Shown here piece after piece: positions 36,211 through 44,965 of a stretch of DNA of 46,548 nt. Source of the DNA: Bacteroidales bacterium (lineage in GTDB: Bacteria > Bacteroidota > Bacteroidia > Bacteroidales > VadinHA17); assembly GCA_035530535.1 (NCBI GenBank), contig DATKUS010000184.1, positions 1 through 46,548 of the forward strand. Reading direction: 5' to 3'. The notes beneath the pieces are model-generated. The model did no database searches and was not told where the DNA came from. It saw only the letters and a program-made list of their open reading frames with translations. The position numbers and the translations under genes were made by a program. Within the stretch, counting starts at the first letter, position 1. Each line of letters opens with the position of its first letter.

Positions 36211-36648
36211 CTATTTACATTCCTCAAATTCTTTGTCAAATTGAACTACATATTCACCATCGGGAGTAAGGGTAACATGAATAGTGCCGTGACCCATAAA
36301 CACCATTTTCCCATCAAGGAAAAATTTCCAAGAACCAGTCCAAGCATAATCTCCGGTTGGCCCCTCGGCGTAAGGGTGCCAATTATTATTTTGAATCTGC
36401 ATTAAAGTATATTCATTTTTCGTAATATCACCTTTCAAAGTGCCCCACATTTTTCCCTGCCAATGGCTATTTACAATAGTGCCCTGGTAGGATACAGTAC
36501 CATTCACATATTCATTGAAGCAGGGCAGATAATAAGGTATGAGGGTACCAGTTCCTTCGTACACTATTTTTTTCTCTTGAGCATCGGCTGTGCTTACAGA
36601 AAAGCATGCCACCAGACAGATTAAGAATAATAACTTTAGTGTTTTCAT
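36211..36648 (-). CDS. Hypothetical secreted protein (145 aa)
   Basis: Has a signal peptide (LLFLICLVACFSVSTADAQ) and a Trp/Gly/Tyr-rich, beta-type mature part. I recognise no family. Confidence 0.6.
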   Translation of the reverse strand: MKTLKLLFLICLVACFSVSTADAQEKKIVYEGTGTLIPYYLPCFNEYVNGTVSYQGTIVNSHWQGKMWGTLKGDITKNEYTLMQIQNNNWHPYAEGPTGDYAWTGSWKFFLDGKMVFMGHGTIHVTLTPDGEYVVQFDKEFEECK

Positions 36649-36812
36649 ATAAGTTGCCGGAGTTAAAACCCTGATTTATAAATAACTATCATTAAGACAA
36701 TCTGACCGGCCGAATGTGGTCAACGGAAACGGCTTTTGCAGTAAATTCCGAATTTTGTGAATAACACTGGCTTGATTTTTGTTATGAATACTTTAACACT
36801 AAACCTAAAATC

Positions 36813-37619
36813 ATGAAAAAGATAGCATTGATGTTATTCTGTGCTCTCATTCTCTCTTCATGCGAAAATGAAAAACTATTGATTGTTGAGAACACCGATA
36901 TTCCATTAATAAGTAAAATTCTGATTGATGGTGTATCGTATTATGAATATTCGTATAATGATGCAAATTTGCTTATTGAAGAAAAAAACAAATTCCATTA
37001 CACAAAGCACAACTACAACGACAATAACCTTTTATCATCTTCTGAATTTTATATGGACCCTGCAATGTTTAGCAGTAATAGCAGTGTAGTTGAAGCATCT
37101 TTGAATAGGAAAGAATGGGTTAATCCTGGTAATACAGCAAAAAGCCTTACACAGACGTTCGAGTATAACGGAAATGGTCAATTAGCCAGAAAAATTTATA
37201 CTCGGCCTTCCGTAACCAATTCAGAATACTCAGAATTTACCTTTGATAATGACAGAATTAGCAGGCAAACAATGTATTGGCAGAATGAAATGTCCTTCTA
37301 CGTTGACTATAAATATGATGAAAAAGGGAATTTACTTAAAGAATCAAAATTCCATGTGCCATCGACTGGAATTTCTGAGTTATGGACAACTACTGAATAT
37401 GAATATGATATCATGCATAATCCTTTTCAGGCATTTAAACGTTTAATATCTCCAAGTAAATATATCAACCCAAACAACATTACTAAAGAAACATATACAA
37501 TTCATTTTGATGTTGACCAGTGGACTCAAAAAGTGCAGATAACAACCAACTCATATGAATATGATGATAATGGCTACCCAATAAAAGTAAACGGGGTGGC
37601 CGAATATGTATATAAATGA
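36813..37619 (+). CDS. Hypothetical lipoprotein with YD/RHS-like short repeats
   Basis: Has a lipobox (ALILSSC). It carries repeated motifs of the Y-x-Y-D/N-x-x-G/N-x-L type: YSYNDANLLIEE, HNYNDNNLLSSS, FEYNGNGQLARK, YKYDEKGNLLKE and YEYDDNGYPIKV. The gene is very AT-rich. Confidence 0.6.
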   Translation: MKKIALMLFCALILSSCENEKLLIVENTDIPLISKILIDGVSYYEYSYNDANLLIEEKNKFHYTKHNYNDNNLLSSSEFYMDPAMFSSNSSVVEASLNRKEWVNPGNTAKSLTQTFEYNGNGQLARKIYTRPSVTNSEYSEFTFDNDRISRQTMYWQNEMSFYVDYKYDEKGNLLKESKFHVPSTGISELWTTTEYEYDIMHNPFQAFKRLISPSKYINPNNITKETYTIHFDVDQWTQKVQITTNSYEYDDNGYPIKVNGVAEYVYK

Positions 37620-37707
37620 TAATAAGCCATAAATCGTGATAATTTTCAGCAATAAATTTGACCGTTACAAATGAAAACCAGTCTCTTACCGATTCAGGGT
37701 TACCTGA

Positions 37708-37818
37708 AGGAGGGATGAGTAAATTGTGAAAAAAGAGCCACGGTAGTGGTTTTTTTGTTTGACAGCATTCTCCTCAGGAAACGTTGAGCCGCAGGCGAAG
37801 CAATCCTTTTCCCGCTCA
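37708..37818 (+). repeat. Direct repeat copy B (~110 bp), ending in the tRNA-Gly 3' core
   Basis: Contains the hairpin agccac-ggta-gtggtt plus a T-run (37736-37757), which also serves as a terminator for 36813-37619. It ends with aatccttttcccgctca (37802-37818), compared with aatcccttttcccgctca in tRNA-Gly. Confidence 0.8.
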
Positions 37819-37908
37819 CCGGATAAGCTTTATTTCGAGCCAGCCTATGTAGCTTTATGCCAGATAGCTACAAGCGGGCCTTTGATGTGAGGCGTGAAGA
37901 ATCTGAAT

Positions 37909-38625
37909 TCATGACACCACGTGCAGCGAAGGTGAGCCCTCCAAAGCCCTCACCATATATCTCATGTTCTTAGGATTAATTAAAAGAAGTGTAACCTCAT
38001 AAAAATACCCTTCCTCTGTCTCTTCCGTAAACCTGATTGAAGGCTCCTCCTTCAGATTGCTCCATGGAGCGTTAAGTACCGCAGAGCGGATAAGTGATTC
38101 CGCATTTTTCTTTTCAACAGACAGTTCGACCCTGACGTGAAGAGTATGCTCCTCATGGCCACCGGTATAGTTAAGTTCTGTTACAACCTCATTTATTATT
38201 CTGGAATAGGGAATCCTCAGGAGGAGTTTGCCATCATCTGTCAGTAATATCAGGCATGTAAGTTGCTGAGATTTAACCTGTCCTGAGAGATCGCCCACAC
38301 GTATTAACGAACCATTTCCCAGGTTATGCCTTATCCTGAAGGTTAATCCTGCAAAAACATCCCTCAGAAAAAACCATGAAGTAAGGCCGGCAACAATAAT
38401 TATCAGGGCATAAATAAGGTAATGGTAATAAAACTTATCTCTAAAAAGGTGATCCGCTGCCCAGAAAACAAATCCCAGCCAAAGTATAATCTCGGTACCC
38501 GTCATTAAATCTGACAGGCGATCCATGAGAGAGTGTTGTTTCATAAGGTCATTTAGCAAAAACCTTATGGTTTTAAACCCAAAATAGATCAGTGCTGCAA
38601 CAAAAAAGACAATAATTATATTCAT
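37909..38625 (-). CDS. Small MscS-family mechanosensitive channel-like protein
   Basis: Has three N-terminal TM helices followed by an MscS beta-domain pattern (GSLIRVGDLSGQVKSQQLTCLILLTDDGKLLLRIPYSRIINEVVTELNY). The track start (38634) is a TTG, and the ATG is at 38625. Confidence 0.6.
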   Translation of the reverse strand: MNIIIVFFVAALIYFGFKTIRFLLNDLMKQHSLMDRLSDLMTGTEIILWLGFVFWAADHLFRDKFYYHYLIYALIIIVAGLTSWFFLRDVFAGLTFRIRHNLGNGSLIRVGDLSGQVKSQQLTCLILLTDDGKLLLRIPYSRIINEVVTELNYTGGHEEHTLHVRVELSVEKKNAESLIRSAVLNAPWSNLKEEPSIRFTEETEEGYFYEVTLLLINPKNMRYMVRALEGSPSLHVVS

Positions 38626-38659
38626 CTCAGGCAAACTGAATTAGTTAATTGCAGAGTTT

Positions 38660-41600
38660 TCATAATGCCCTGCTTCTTTTTAAAGCCTTTATCAAATGAG
38701 GTTCTAAATAGTTATTTACAATATATAGGTTTTCTCTCTTTTCTTCGATCAGGCCTGCCCTTAACATTGAACCTATGACCTCACTTGTCCTGGCATCATC
38801 TGAGAAAAAGATCTTTGTGATCCTTTCCAAGGTCAGGCGCTTATGGAGGATAAGCTGTATTATCACAACTTTCCAGTCCTCATCCAGGTCGTCCAGTATT
38901 TTTGTGTCGGGTGGTTCCGGAACCCTTATAAAAATCTTCTTCTCTGAAACCTTATTAATGTTTGCCAGCCATGCTTTGAGAGCATTACCGGGATTTCCCT
39001 CAGAAAAATTAAAATACTTATTAAACAGGCTGGCCATGCGTATTTCTGACATTTCTTCCTCTTCCCTGCCATTAAGAACGAACCTCATTCCGCTGGAACG
39101 ATGCCTGCGGATAATTATATCCTGTATCTCTCTTGAATAGAAAGGCTTCAACGGTATGACACTTATGAATAGTTCCTGAAGATTTACTATTTTGTTCATC
39201 AGGTCAAAAGTGTAAGGATTCATGTTTACAATGAAGAGAATCCTGTCGGAATAGTCGTTGATAAGACCCATTAACAGCATTATCACTTCCCATCCTCCGG
39301 AGGAACGATCCCACCAGAGTTCCAGGTCATGAATTATGATAACACTCCGATGGGGTAGTGATTCCATGATTTCTTTCAGGCTACCACGTGAATTAGTGAC
39401 CTTTTTAAGCTCTTCGATGAAATCAGCCACCTGAACTGAGCCTGTATAAACGGGAAATAAATGAAAGACCTTCTCTTTCTTAAAGTGCCTCTCTGAGATA
39501 TACCTGCAAAAAGCAGTCTTGCCGGAGTTTCTGTCCCCGATAATCATTATTCCACCCTTATAGCCCGCATTATTTCGATCTATGCCAGCCATGAACATCT
39601 CTTCATCAGCTTCCCTTCCTATCCAGAAGTCTTCAATGATACTTGAACGCCCGCTGAACAGGTTCTTATAAAATTGAGGAAGCCTTTCAATGACCTTTGT
39701 ATCTGGACTGACTTGATCAATAAGGTCAAGAAGCTTTTGATTTCCCTTTATAGTATGTTCGGATTCATTTATTTTTTTTGTCAGTAATATCAGTTCACTT
39801 CTTGAATATAGTACTCTTGCAGTCAGATTTATAATAAAAAATCTCAACCGGCTGTAATATGCACCAACAGTCTTTTTAACCTTTATCCCCTTGTGTTCTC
39901 TGATAAATCCTGAATATTCTGAAAGGGTTAATGGTATCTGGTATGCTGATAATTTGCTGAACACCTCTTCAAGTGACCCTTCCATCAGTTCATTTATTTC
40001 TTCCTTAACCTGTTTGATCTTCCGTTCCTCTTTCAGGATTTTCTGACAAGCATCCTCAATAATCGGAGCGGCTACCTGAGGTCTGTCTGGCAGATCATCG
40101 GGAATATTTTCAAGGTTGAAGCGTGCAAAACTTAAAAGGTCATGAATGATAAAAATGGTATTCTTCAGCGATTCGGAAACGCTCTCCAAATGATCATAGA
40201 TTGTTCCGATGAACCGTGATTCGATATAGAATCGTGCGATTTTCTTCAAAGGAACATTCAGAACTTCGTCACTTTCGCTTTTGGTTGAATCAGTACTGTC
40301 TGAGGAAGCAATTAACAGGTTTTCAGGAAGGGTTTCGGATATCAGAAGTACATCTTTCCCGAACTGTTTAAAGTCTTTCAGCAAAGGAATATCCTCTTCA
40401 AGTGAACTTATGCTTGATTTTAATCCAGAGATTCTTCCAGGCTTAACACCTGACTTTAAAAGCTTTAACCTGAGTGATTCCAATTCCGTTCCGAAACGGT
40501 TATCAAGTTGGTAAGCTATCTCCAGGTTAAACTCGTTTATCTTGTCATTGATCCTGCTCTTTACCGATTGCAGAAGCACATCCATATGGATTTTATTGAC
40601 CTGGTGTAAAGAATGCTCGAACCATGCCTCTATAAATCCAAGATTCTTCCGTAACAGTTCCTCATAATACTTACTATTCCTTTGTCTCCACCTTATGCGG
40701 AAGTTGATGTCAACTTTACCCATGTCATTACTCATCTGCTGAAGATTCTTTTGCCACTCCAGCATAAGTCTGTTCCTTGTCTGATTCTTCAGATGATCTA
40801 AGCCCGACATAAATTCGCTGACCCTGTTTTCATTTGCCTTTTGGGTTATTAAAACAGAGGCAAGGAGATCATCTTTATTCATTGCCCTTTTATAGAGACT
40901 GTCAAGCATGGTGTCAACCGAGATAATCAATGATCTCATTTCAGAGTATTGAAGGAAAAGATCACTTCTGAACTTGCTGAGAAAAGCTAAAAGATAATAA
41001 TGCCGGTTATTACGTAAATAATATGAAGCAATAGAATGGTAGTGGATCTTCCCGGTTATCTGTGTCCTTGCAAAGGGGTGTAAGATGCGCATTCTGAGTA
41101 TAAACAATTTCAGTCGGAATGGATCATTCCTCTTAAGTTTAAGATCTTCCCTTTCATAAGGGATTGATATTTTCTGTGGAAACTTCCGGAGATCCTCGTC
41201 GAGGCGCTCAATATACCAGCTGATGCCGCTTGCCAATGCATCTCTCTGTATTCCGAGCTTATTATTTACAAGGTCAATAAAAACACGATTAGTCCTGAAA
41301 TAAAAGTCATTTTTTATTTTGATCAGTGACTTCTTTACCCGGTAAGTATCATCAAGGGTCTTCAGATTATCCAGCTGAATAATCACCGAGTTGCTTGCTG
41401 CCAGAAGCTCATTTGAAAGTTTCTGTAATTCAGAGAATACAGGGGTAAAAGCTTTTTCGAAGAAAAGGGACAGGACTTTTTGCCCGTTAGTATCTATCTT
41501 ACTGATGTCATCATTAATGATGCTGTACTTTGAAGGTACCAGTTCAGGCAATACAAGTTTCTGAGTATCAGGAGCAATATGCTCTTCAACCTGTTTTGTA

Positions 41601-43759
41601 TCAATTCCGAGGTCAAACGACTCAAACCTCGATGAACTATTCAAAAGCACAAATGTCCCGAGATGCTGTGAAAGAGTCATCACTTCATCATATGTTTCGT
41701 CAATATGCTGGTATTGCTTGTCAGGAATACCAATGAATGTCAGGTCAGTATTTGATGACTCGCGGCTTATGATCTCATTCTTTGGCAAAGCATCAACTGA
41801 ATTGTTAATGATTTTTATTTCGATGCTGATGCGGTACTTATTAGTAATATTTTGAAGGGTCCTGTAAATTGTCTCTTCCCGGTCACGGAGACTGTTTATT
41901 ACCAGCAACCGAATATGAGCATCTTTCCAGTCACCTGTTGACGTAAAATGTCTGAGAAGGAAGATCGAGAATGAAAGGTTGCTGCCCCAGCCACTCCACC
42001 ATACATCTATGGTTTTCTTGTCCCCGTATTTCTTCAGGAAGTTAAAACTGAGAAGAATGGTATTTAAGTCACTCTCCTCAAAGTTCTTTATAGCCTTTAA
42101 GAAATCCTCTTTATTGTTTTCATTCCTGCTCCACCCCATAAGAATAGTATCCGGCTCAACGCCGGAGAAACCGTAAACACGTGATATCTCATTCATTCCC
42201 TCATACACATTACGGCATTCATGTTGATGGATCATGAGTTCAACATTACTTCCGGAAGCAGAAAAATAGCGCCTGTCCTTTACCAGCTTTGGCTCCTTGG
42301 ACTCAATCATTTCAAAAGCTGAAAACATGCCAAGCCTGCCGCTGATGGCGCCGGCCATTTCAACGAGGTGGGGTCTTGCACTATCCTGACCGGAGAACAT
42401 AATAATATTAGGCCGCCAGTTGCGTGTGTTGATGGAAGACCTGTTCAGGCGCCGGAGACCTGCCCTGACAAGTGTGGACCACACACTGCTCCAGGCATCA
42501 CCGGTTTCAAGAACAAGTTGCCTCTGCTTCAGGAACAGAAAGAGCGCACCCAGAATTACTATTGCTCCAACCATTGCTAAGAAGTCAAGCTGTATCATTA
42601 CAATGACACAGGCCAGAAAACCAATTATGCTTACCCAGGCAGGTGTTTTGAAAGAGGGCCGGAAATCAGCACTGGTCAGAGATTCAAAAGCAGCGCTCAG
42701 GTTCAGGAATCCGTATGTGGTGATGAAAAAAATGGTGACGATCCGGGCTATGACATCCAGTTCCCCGATGAGAATGCCTGCTTCGGCAATAAAGAAAGTG
42801 AAAAGAAGAGCATTTCTGGGTTCCCTGGCAGCCCCGGTGCCGCGAGCAAAGATCCGTGGCGTAATCTTATCAATGGCTGTGGACTGCAGGATCCTGGGAG
42901 CAGCAAGGATACTGCCTAGGGCTGAACTTAATGTGGCTCCCCAGATACCAGCAATCACGAATTGAGGCACCAGGGATATCTTGAACAGTGCCTTGGAATC
43001 GGTGGCAAGAAATTCCCCATCAACGGTGTATGCAAAGAAAAATGCCAGAATGATATATACTACTAAACCGATCGATATGGCAGAAATAGTACCCAGGGGA
43101 ATGGATTTTTTTGGATCTTTCAGATCGCCTGACATTGAAACACCTGCTTCAAATCCGCACACAGCCGGGAAAAAGATACCAAAGAGTACTATAAGGGGAA
43201 CACCGGTGCCCTTGCCGAAAAAATTTGGCGTAGCAGGGGCCAGGTCATGATGACCAAAGAATATTGAGAGAAGAGAGAGAAAGATCGCTGCCATTATCAG
43301 ATACTGTGTCTTTATGGCCAGGGAAGTGCTTACGAAAGTTATTATTGTCACAACCAGCAGGATAATGCTCCCGGTAATCCTTATGTAGTTTATATCCATA
43401 GGAAGGTTCCAATAGTTAAGAAAACTTTCGGAAAAACCTATAAGATAAAGACTTACGCTGAATGACAACCCGACAAAAAGCGCCAGTCCCAGGGTTCCAC
43501 CTATGGGCAGACCAAGGCTTCTGGAAATAATAAAGTATGTCCCGCCCTCCTTGACCTTCTTATCAGTGGCAATGGATGACACACTCAACCCGGTGGTTAT
43601 TGAAATCAGATGAGCCACCACGATGATGCCCAAAGTACCTATTAGTCCTGCCTCACCCGATATCATCGGTAAGCGCATATACATTATCACCCCTAAAATG
43701 GTAAGTATGGAAGGAGTGAAAACTCCGCCAAAAGTCCCGAACTTTTTTCCTTTAGCCAT
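38660..43759 (-). CDS. 1,699-aa fusion protein: SLC12/CCC-type cation-chloride cotransporter (TM + C-terminal domain) + ~650-aa helical region + P-loop NTPase (Orc1/Cdc6- or STAND-like) + winged helix
   Basis: This is one uninterrupted ORF with an ATG start.
- aa 1-~430: APC-fold 12-TM region (GTFGGVFTPSILTILGVIMYMRL, FFPAVCGFEAGVSMSGDLKDPKKSIP, GATLSSALGSILAAPRILQ).
- aa ~445-715: SLC12 cytosolic domain (NWRPNIIMFSG, IDVWWSGWG, TDLTFIGIP).
- aa ~1378-1480: FWIGREADEE, Walker A GDRNSGKT (39515-39538) and Walker B VIIIHDLE (~39320-39344).
- Last ~90 aa: wHTH-like (LTLERITKIFFSDDARTSEVIGSMLRAGLIEE). Confidence 0.85.
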   Translation of the reverse strand: MAKGKKFGTFGGVFTPSILTILGVIMYMRLPMISGEAGLIGTLGIIVVAHLISITTGLSVSSIATDKKVKEGGTYFIISRSLGLPIGGTLGLALFVGLSFSVSLYLIGFSESFLNYWNLPMDINYIRITGSIILLVVTIITFVSTSLAIKTQYLIMAAIFLSLLSIFFGHHDLAPATPNFFGKGTGVPLIVLFGIFFPAVCGFEAGVSMSGDLKDPKKSIPLGTISAISIGLVVYIILAFFFAYTVDGEFLATDSKALFKISLVPQFVIAGIWGATLSSALGSILAAPRILQSTAIDKITPRIFARGTGAAREPRNALLFTFFIAEAGILIGELDVIARIVTIFFITTYGFLNLSAAFESLTSADFRPSFKTPAWVSIIGFLACVIVMIQLDFLAMVGAIVILGALFLFLKQRQLVLETGDAWSSVWSTLVRAGLRRLNRSSINTRNWRPNIIMFSGQDSARPHLVEMAGAISGRLGMFSAFEMIESKEPKLVKDRRYFSASGSNVELMIHQHECRNVYEGMNEISRVYGFSGVEPDTILMGWSRNENNKEDFLKAIKNFEESDLNTILLSFNFLKKYGDKKTIDVWWSGWGSNLSFSIFLLRHFTSTGDWKDAHIRLLVINSLRDREETIYRTLQNITNKYRISIEIKIINNSVDALPKNEIISRESSNTDLTFIGIPDKQYQHIDETYDEVMTLSQHLGTFVLLNSSSRFESFDLGIDTKQVEEHIAPDTQKLVLPELVPSKYSIINDDISKIDTNGQKVLSLFFEKAFTPVFSELQKLSNELLAASNSVIIQLDNLKTLDDTYRVKKSLIKIKNDFYFRTNRVFIDLVNNKLGIQRDALASGISWYIERLDEDLRKFPQKISIPYEREDLKLKRNDPFRLKLFILRMRILHPFARTQITGKIHYHSIASYYLRNNRHYYLLAFLSKFRSDLFLQYSEMRSLIISVDTMLDSLYKRAMNKDDLLASVLITQKANENRVSEFMSGLDHLKNQTRNRLMLEWQKNLQQMSNDMGKVDINFRIRWRQRNSKYYEELLRKNLGFIEAWFEHSLHQVNKIHMDVLLQSVKSRINDKINEFNLEIAYQLDNRFGTELESLRLKLLKSGVKPGRISGLKSSISSLEEDIPLLKDFKQFGKDVLLISETLPENLLIASSDSTDSTKSESDEVLNVPLKKIARFYIESRFIGTIYDHLESVSESLKNTIFIIHDLLSFARFNLENIPDDLPDRPQVAAPIIEDACQKILKEERKIKQVKEEINELMEGSLEEVFSKLSAYQIPLTLSEYSGFIREHKGIKVKKTVGAYYSRLRFFIINLTARVLYSRSELILLTKKINESEHTIKGNQKLLDLIDQVSPDTKVIERLPQFYKNLFSGRSSIIEDFWIGREADEEMFMAGIDRNNAGYKGGIMIIGDRNSGKTAFCRYISERHFKKEKVFHLFPVYTGSVQVADFIEELKKVTNSRGSLKEIMESLPHRSVIIIHDLELWWDRSSGGWEVIMLLMGLINDYSDRILFIVNMNPYTFDLMNKIVNLQELFISVIPLKPFYSREIQDIIIRRHRSSGMRFVLNGREEEEMSEIRMASLFNKYFNFSEGNPGNALKAWLANINKVSEKKIFIRVPEPPDTKILDDLDEDWKVVIIQLILHKRLTLERITKIFFSDDARTSEVIGSMLRAGLIEEKRENLYIVNNYLEPHLIKALKRSRAL

Positions 43760-43824
43760 ATATTTTTAATAAGTCAGCAACAGATATGACAATTTATACC
43801 TTTCACCTGATATTTCGTTATTAC

Positions 43825-43832
43825 CAAATATA
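43825..43832 (-). promoter_or_regulatory. Candidate -7 promoter box (TATATTTG on the minus strand) for the 1,699-aa gene
   Basis: Plus-strand caaatata is TATATTTG on the minus strand, 66-73 nt upstream of the ATG at 43759. I saw no convincing -33 TTTG. Confidence 0.3.
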
Positions 43833-44024
43833 TTAATTTTACCCATTGATATCGATCAGCCAGATGGAATTATTGAACCCATATACCGGTTGGATAAGGA
43901 AATACCATCACTTGAGTAGAAAGAAGAGGTCAAACCCTGAATAAAACCTTAGAGTAAGTTTGGCCAAAGTGAAGTAATTCTTTTCCCCGCTAAAAAAAAT
44001 AGAAAGACACACGTCTCTCCATTT

Positions 44025-44960
44025 TCAGTACTGTCTCAGAACTTCAATTCTCTTGTCTATCGGAGGATGCGTACTGAATAATGAGGCAAGGGAGATTGAA
44101 GCTCCTTTTTTATCTATCTCCCTTGGATTCTCAATGAAAAGCTGCGCAACATCATGACGTTCAACAGCCTCAATGCGTGGATCAGCCGATATCTTCTCAA
44201 GCGCAGAAGCCAGGGCAAGAGGCCTCTTAGTCATCATTGCAGATCCTGCGTCTGCCATAAACTCACGCTGCCTGGAAATGGCGAACCTGAATAACGATGA
44301 CAGAAGGTATCCTATTCCGGCCAGAAAGAGTGCGATCAGCACCATCCGGCCATCCTTTTTCCCGCGTCCTCCTCCGCTGAATCTGAAGGAACGAAGCAAT
44401 GCTTCAGTAATAAAAGCGAAAATACCTACGAATACTATCGAAATGATCAGCAGTCTGACATCACGGTTCCTGATATGTGTAAGCTCATGGGCAATGACAG
44501 CCTCAAGCTCCTCCTCATCAAGCTTATTGATTATACCGCTGGAAAGAGAAACAGTGAAAGTAGATTTGTTAATTCCACTTGCAAATGCATTCAGAGAGTC
44601 ATCATTGATCACATTAATTCTTGGCATTTGCATTCCGCTGCCGATGCACAGATTTTCAACAAGGTTGTAAATCCTCTTGTTCTCTTTCCGGCTCAGAGGT
44701 GCAGAGCCGGTGGCTTTTTCAATCATTTTGGAATGAGAGAAAAATGCAATGAAAAACCAGAGCAGTATGGCCATTGAAACCCATGGTATGATCCGCATGA
44801 ATGTCTGGTTGGAATATGCAATCCTGTAATCTGACTGGGACTGAGTAAAGTAAATAAAAAGCCACACCAGCCCAAAAATGACTACGGGAAAGAGAACAAG
44901 CAATACAACTGATTTGAAATTATTAGTCCAAATCTGCGTATTAAGTCCGATGTATTTCAT
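44025..44960 (-). CDS. M48-family (HtpX-like) zinc metallopeptidase
   Basis: Has N-terminal TM helices, HELTHIRNRD (HExxH), a further TM pair, and EFMADAGSAMMT plus STHPPIDKRIEVL at the C-terminus. Confidence 0.85.
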   Translation of the reverse strand: MKYIGLNTQIWTNNFKSVVLLVLFPVVIFGLVWLFIYFTQSQSDYRIAYSNQTFMRIIPWVSMAILLWFFIAFFSHSKMIEKATGSAPLSRKENKRIYNLVENLCIGSGMQMPRINVINDDSLNAFASGINKSTFTVSLSSGIINKLDEEELEAVIAHELTHIRNRDVRLLIISIVFVGIFAFITEALLRSFRFSGGGRGKKDGRMVLIALFLAGIGYLLSSLFRFAISRQREFMADAGSAMMTKRPLALASALEKISADPRIEAVERHDVAQLFIENPREIDKKGASISLASLFSTHPPIDKRIEVLRQY

Positions 44961-44965
44961 CTAAC

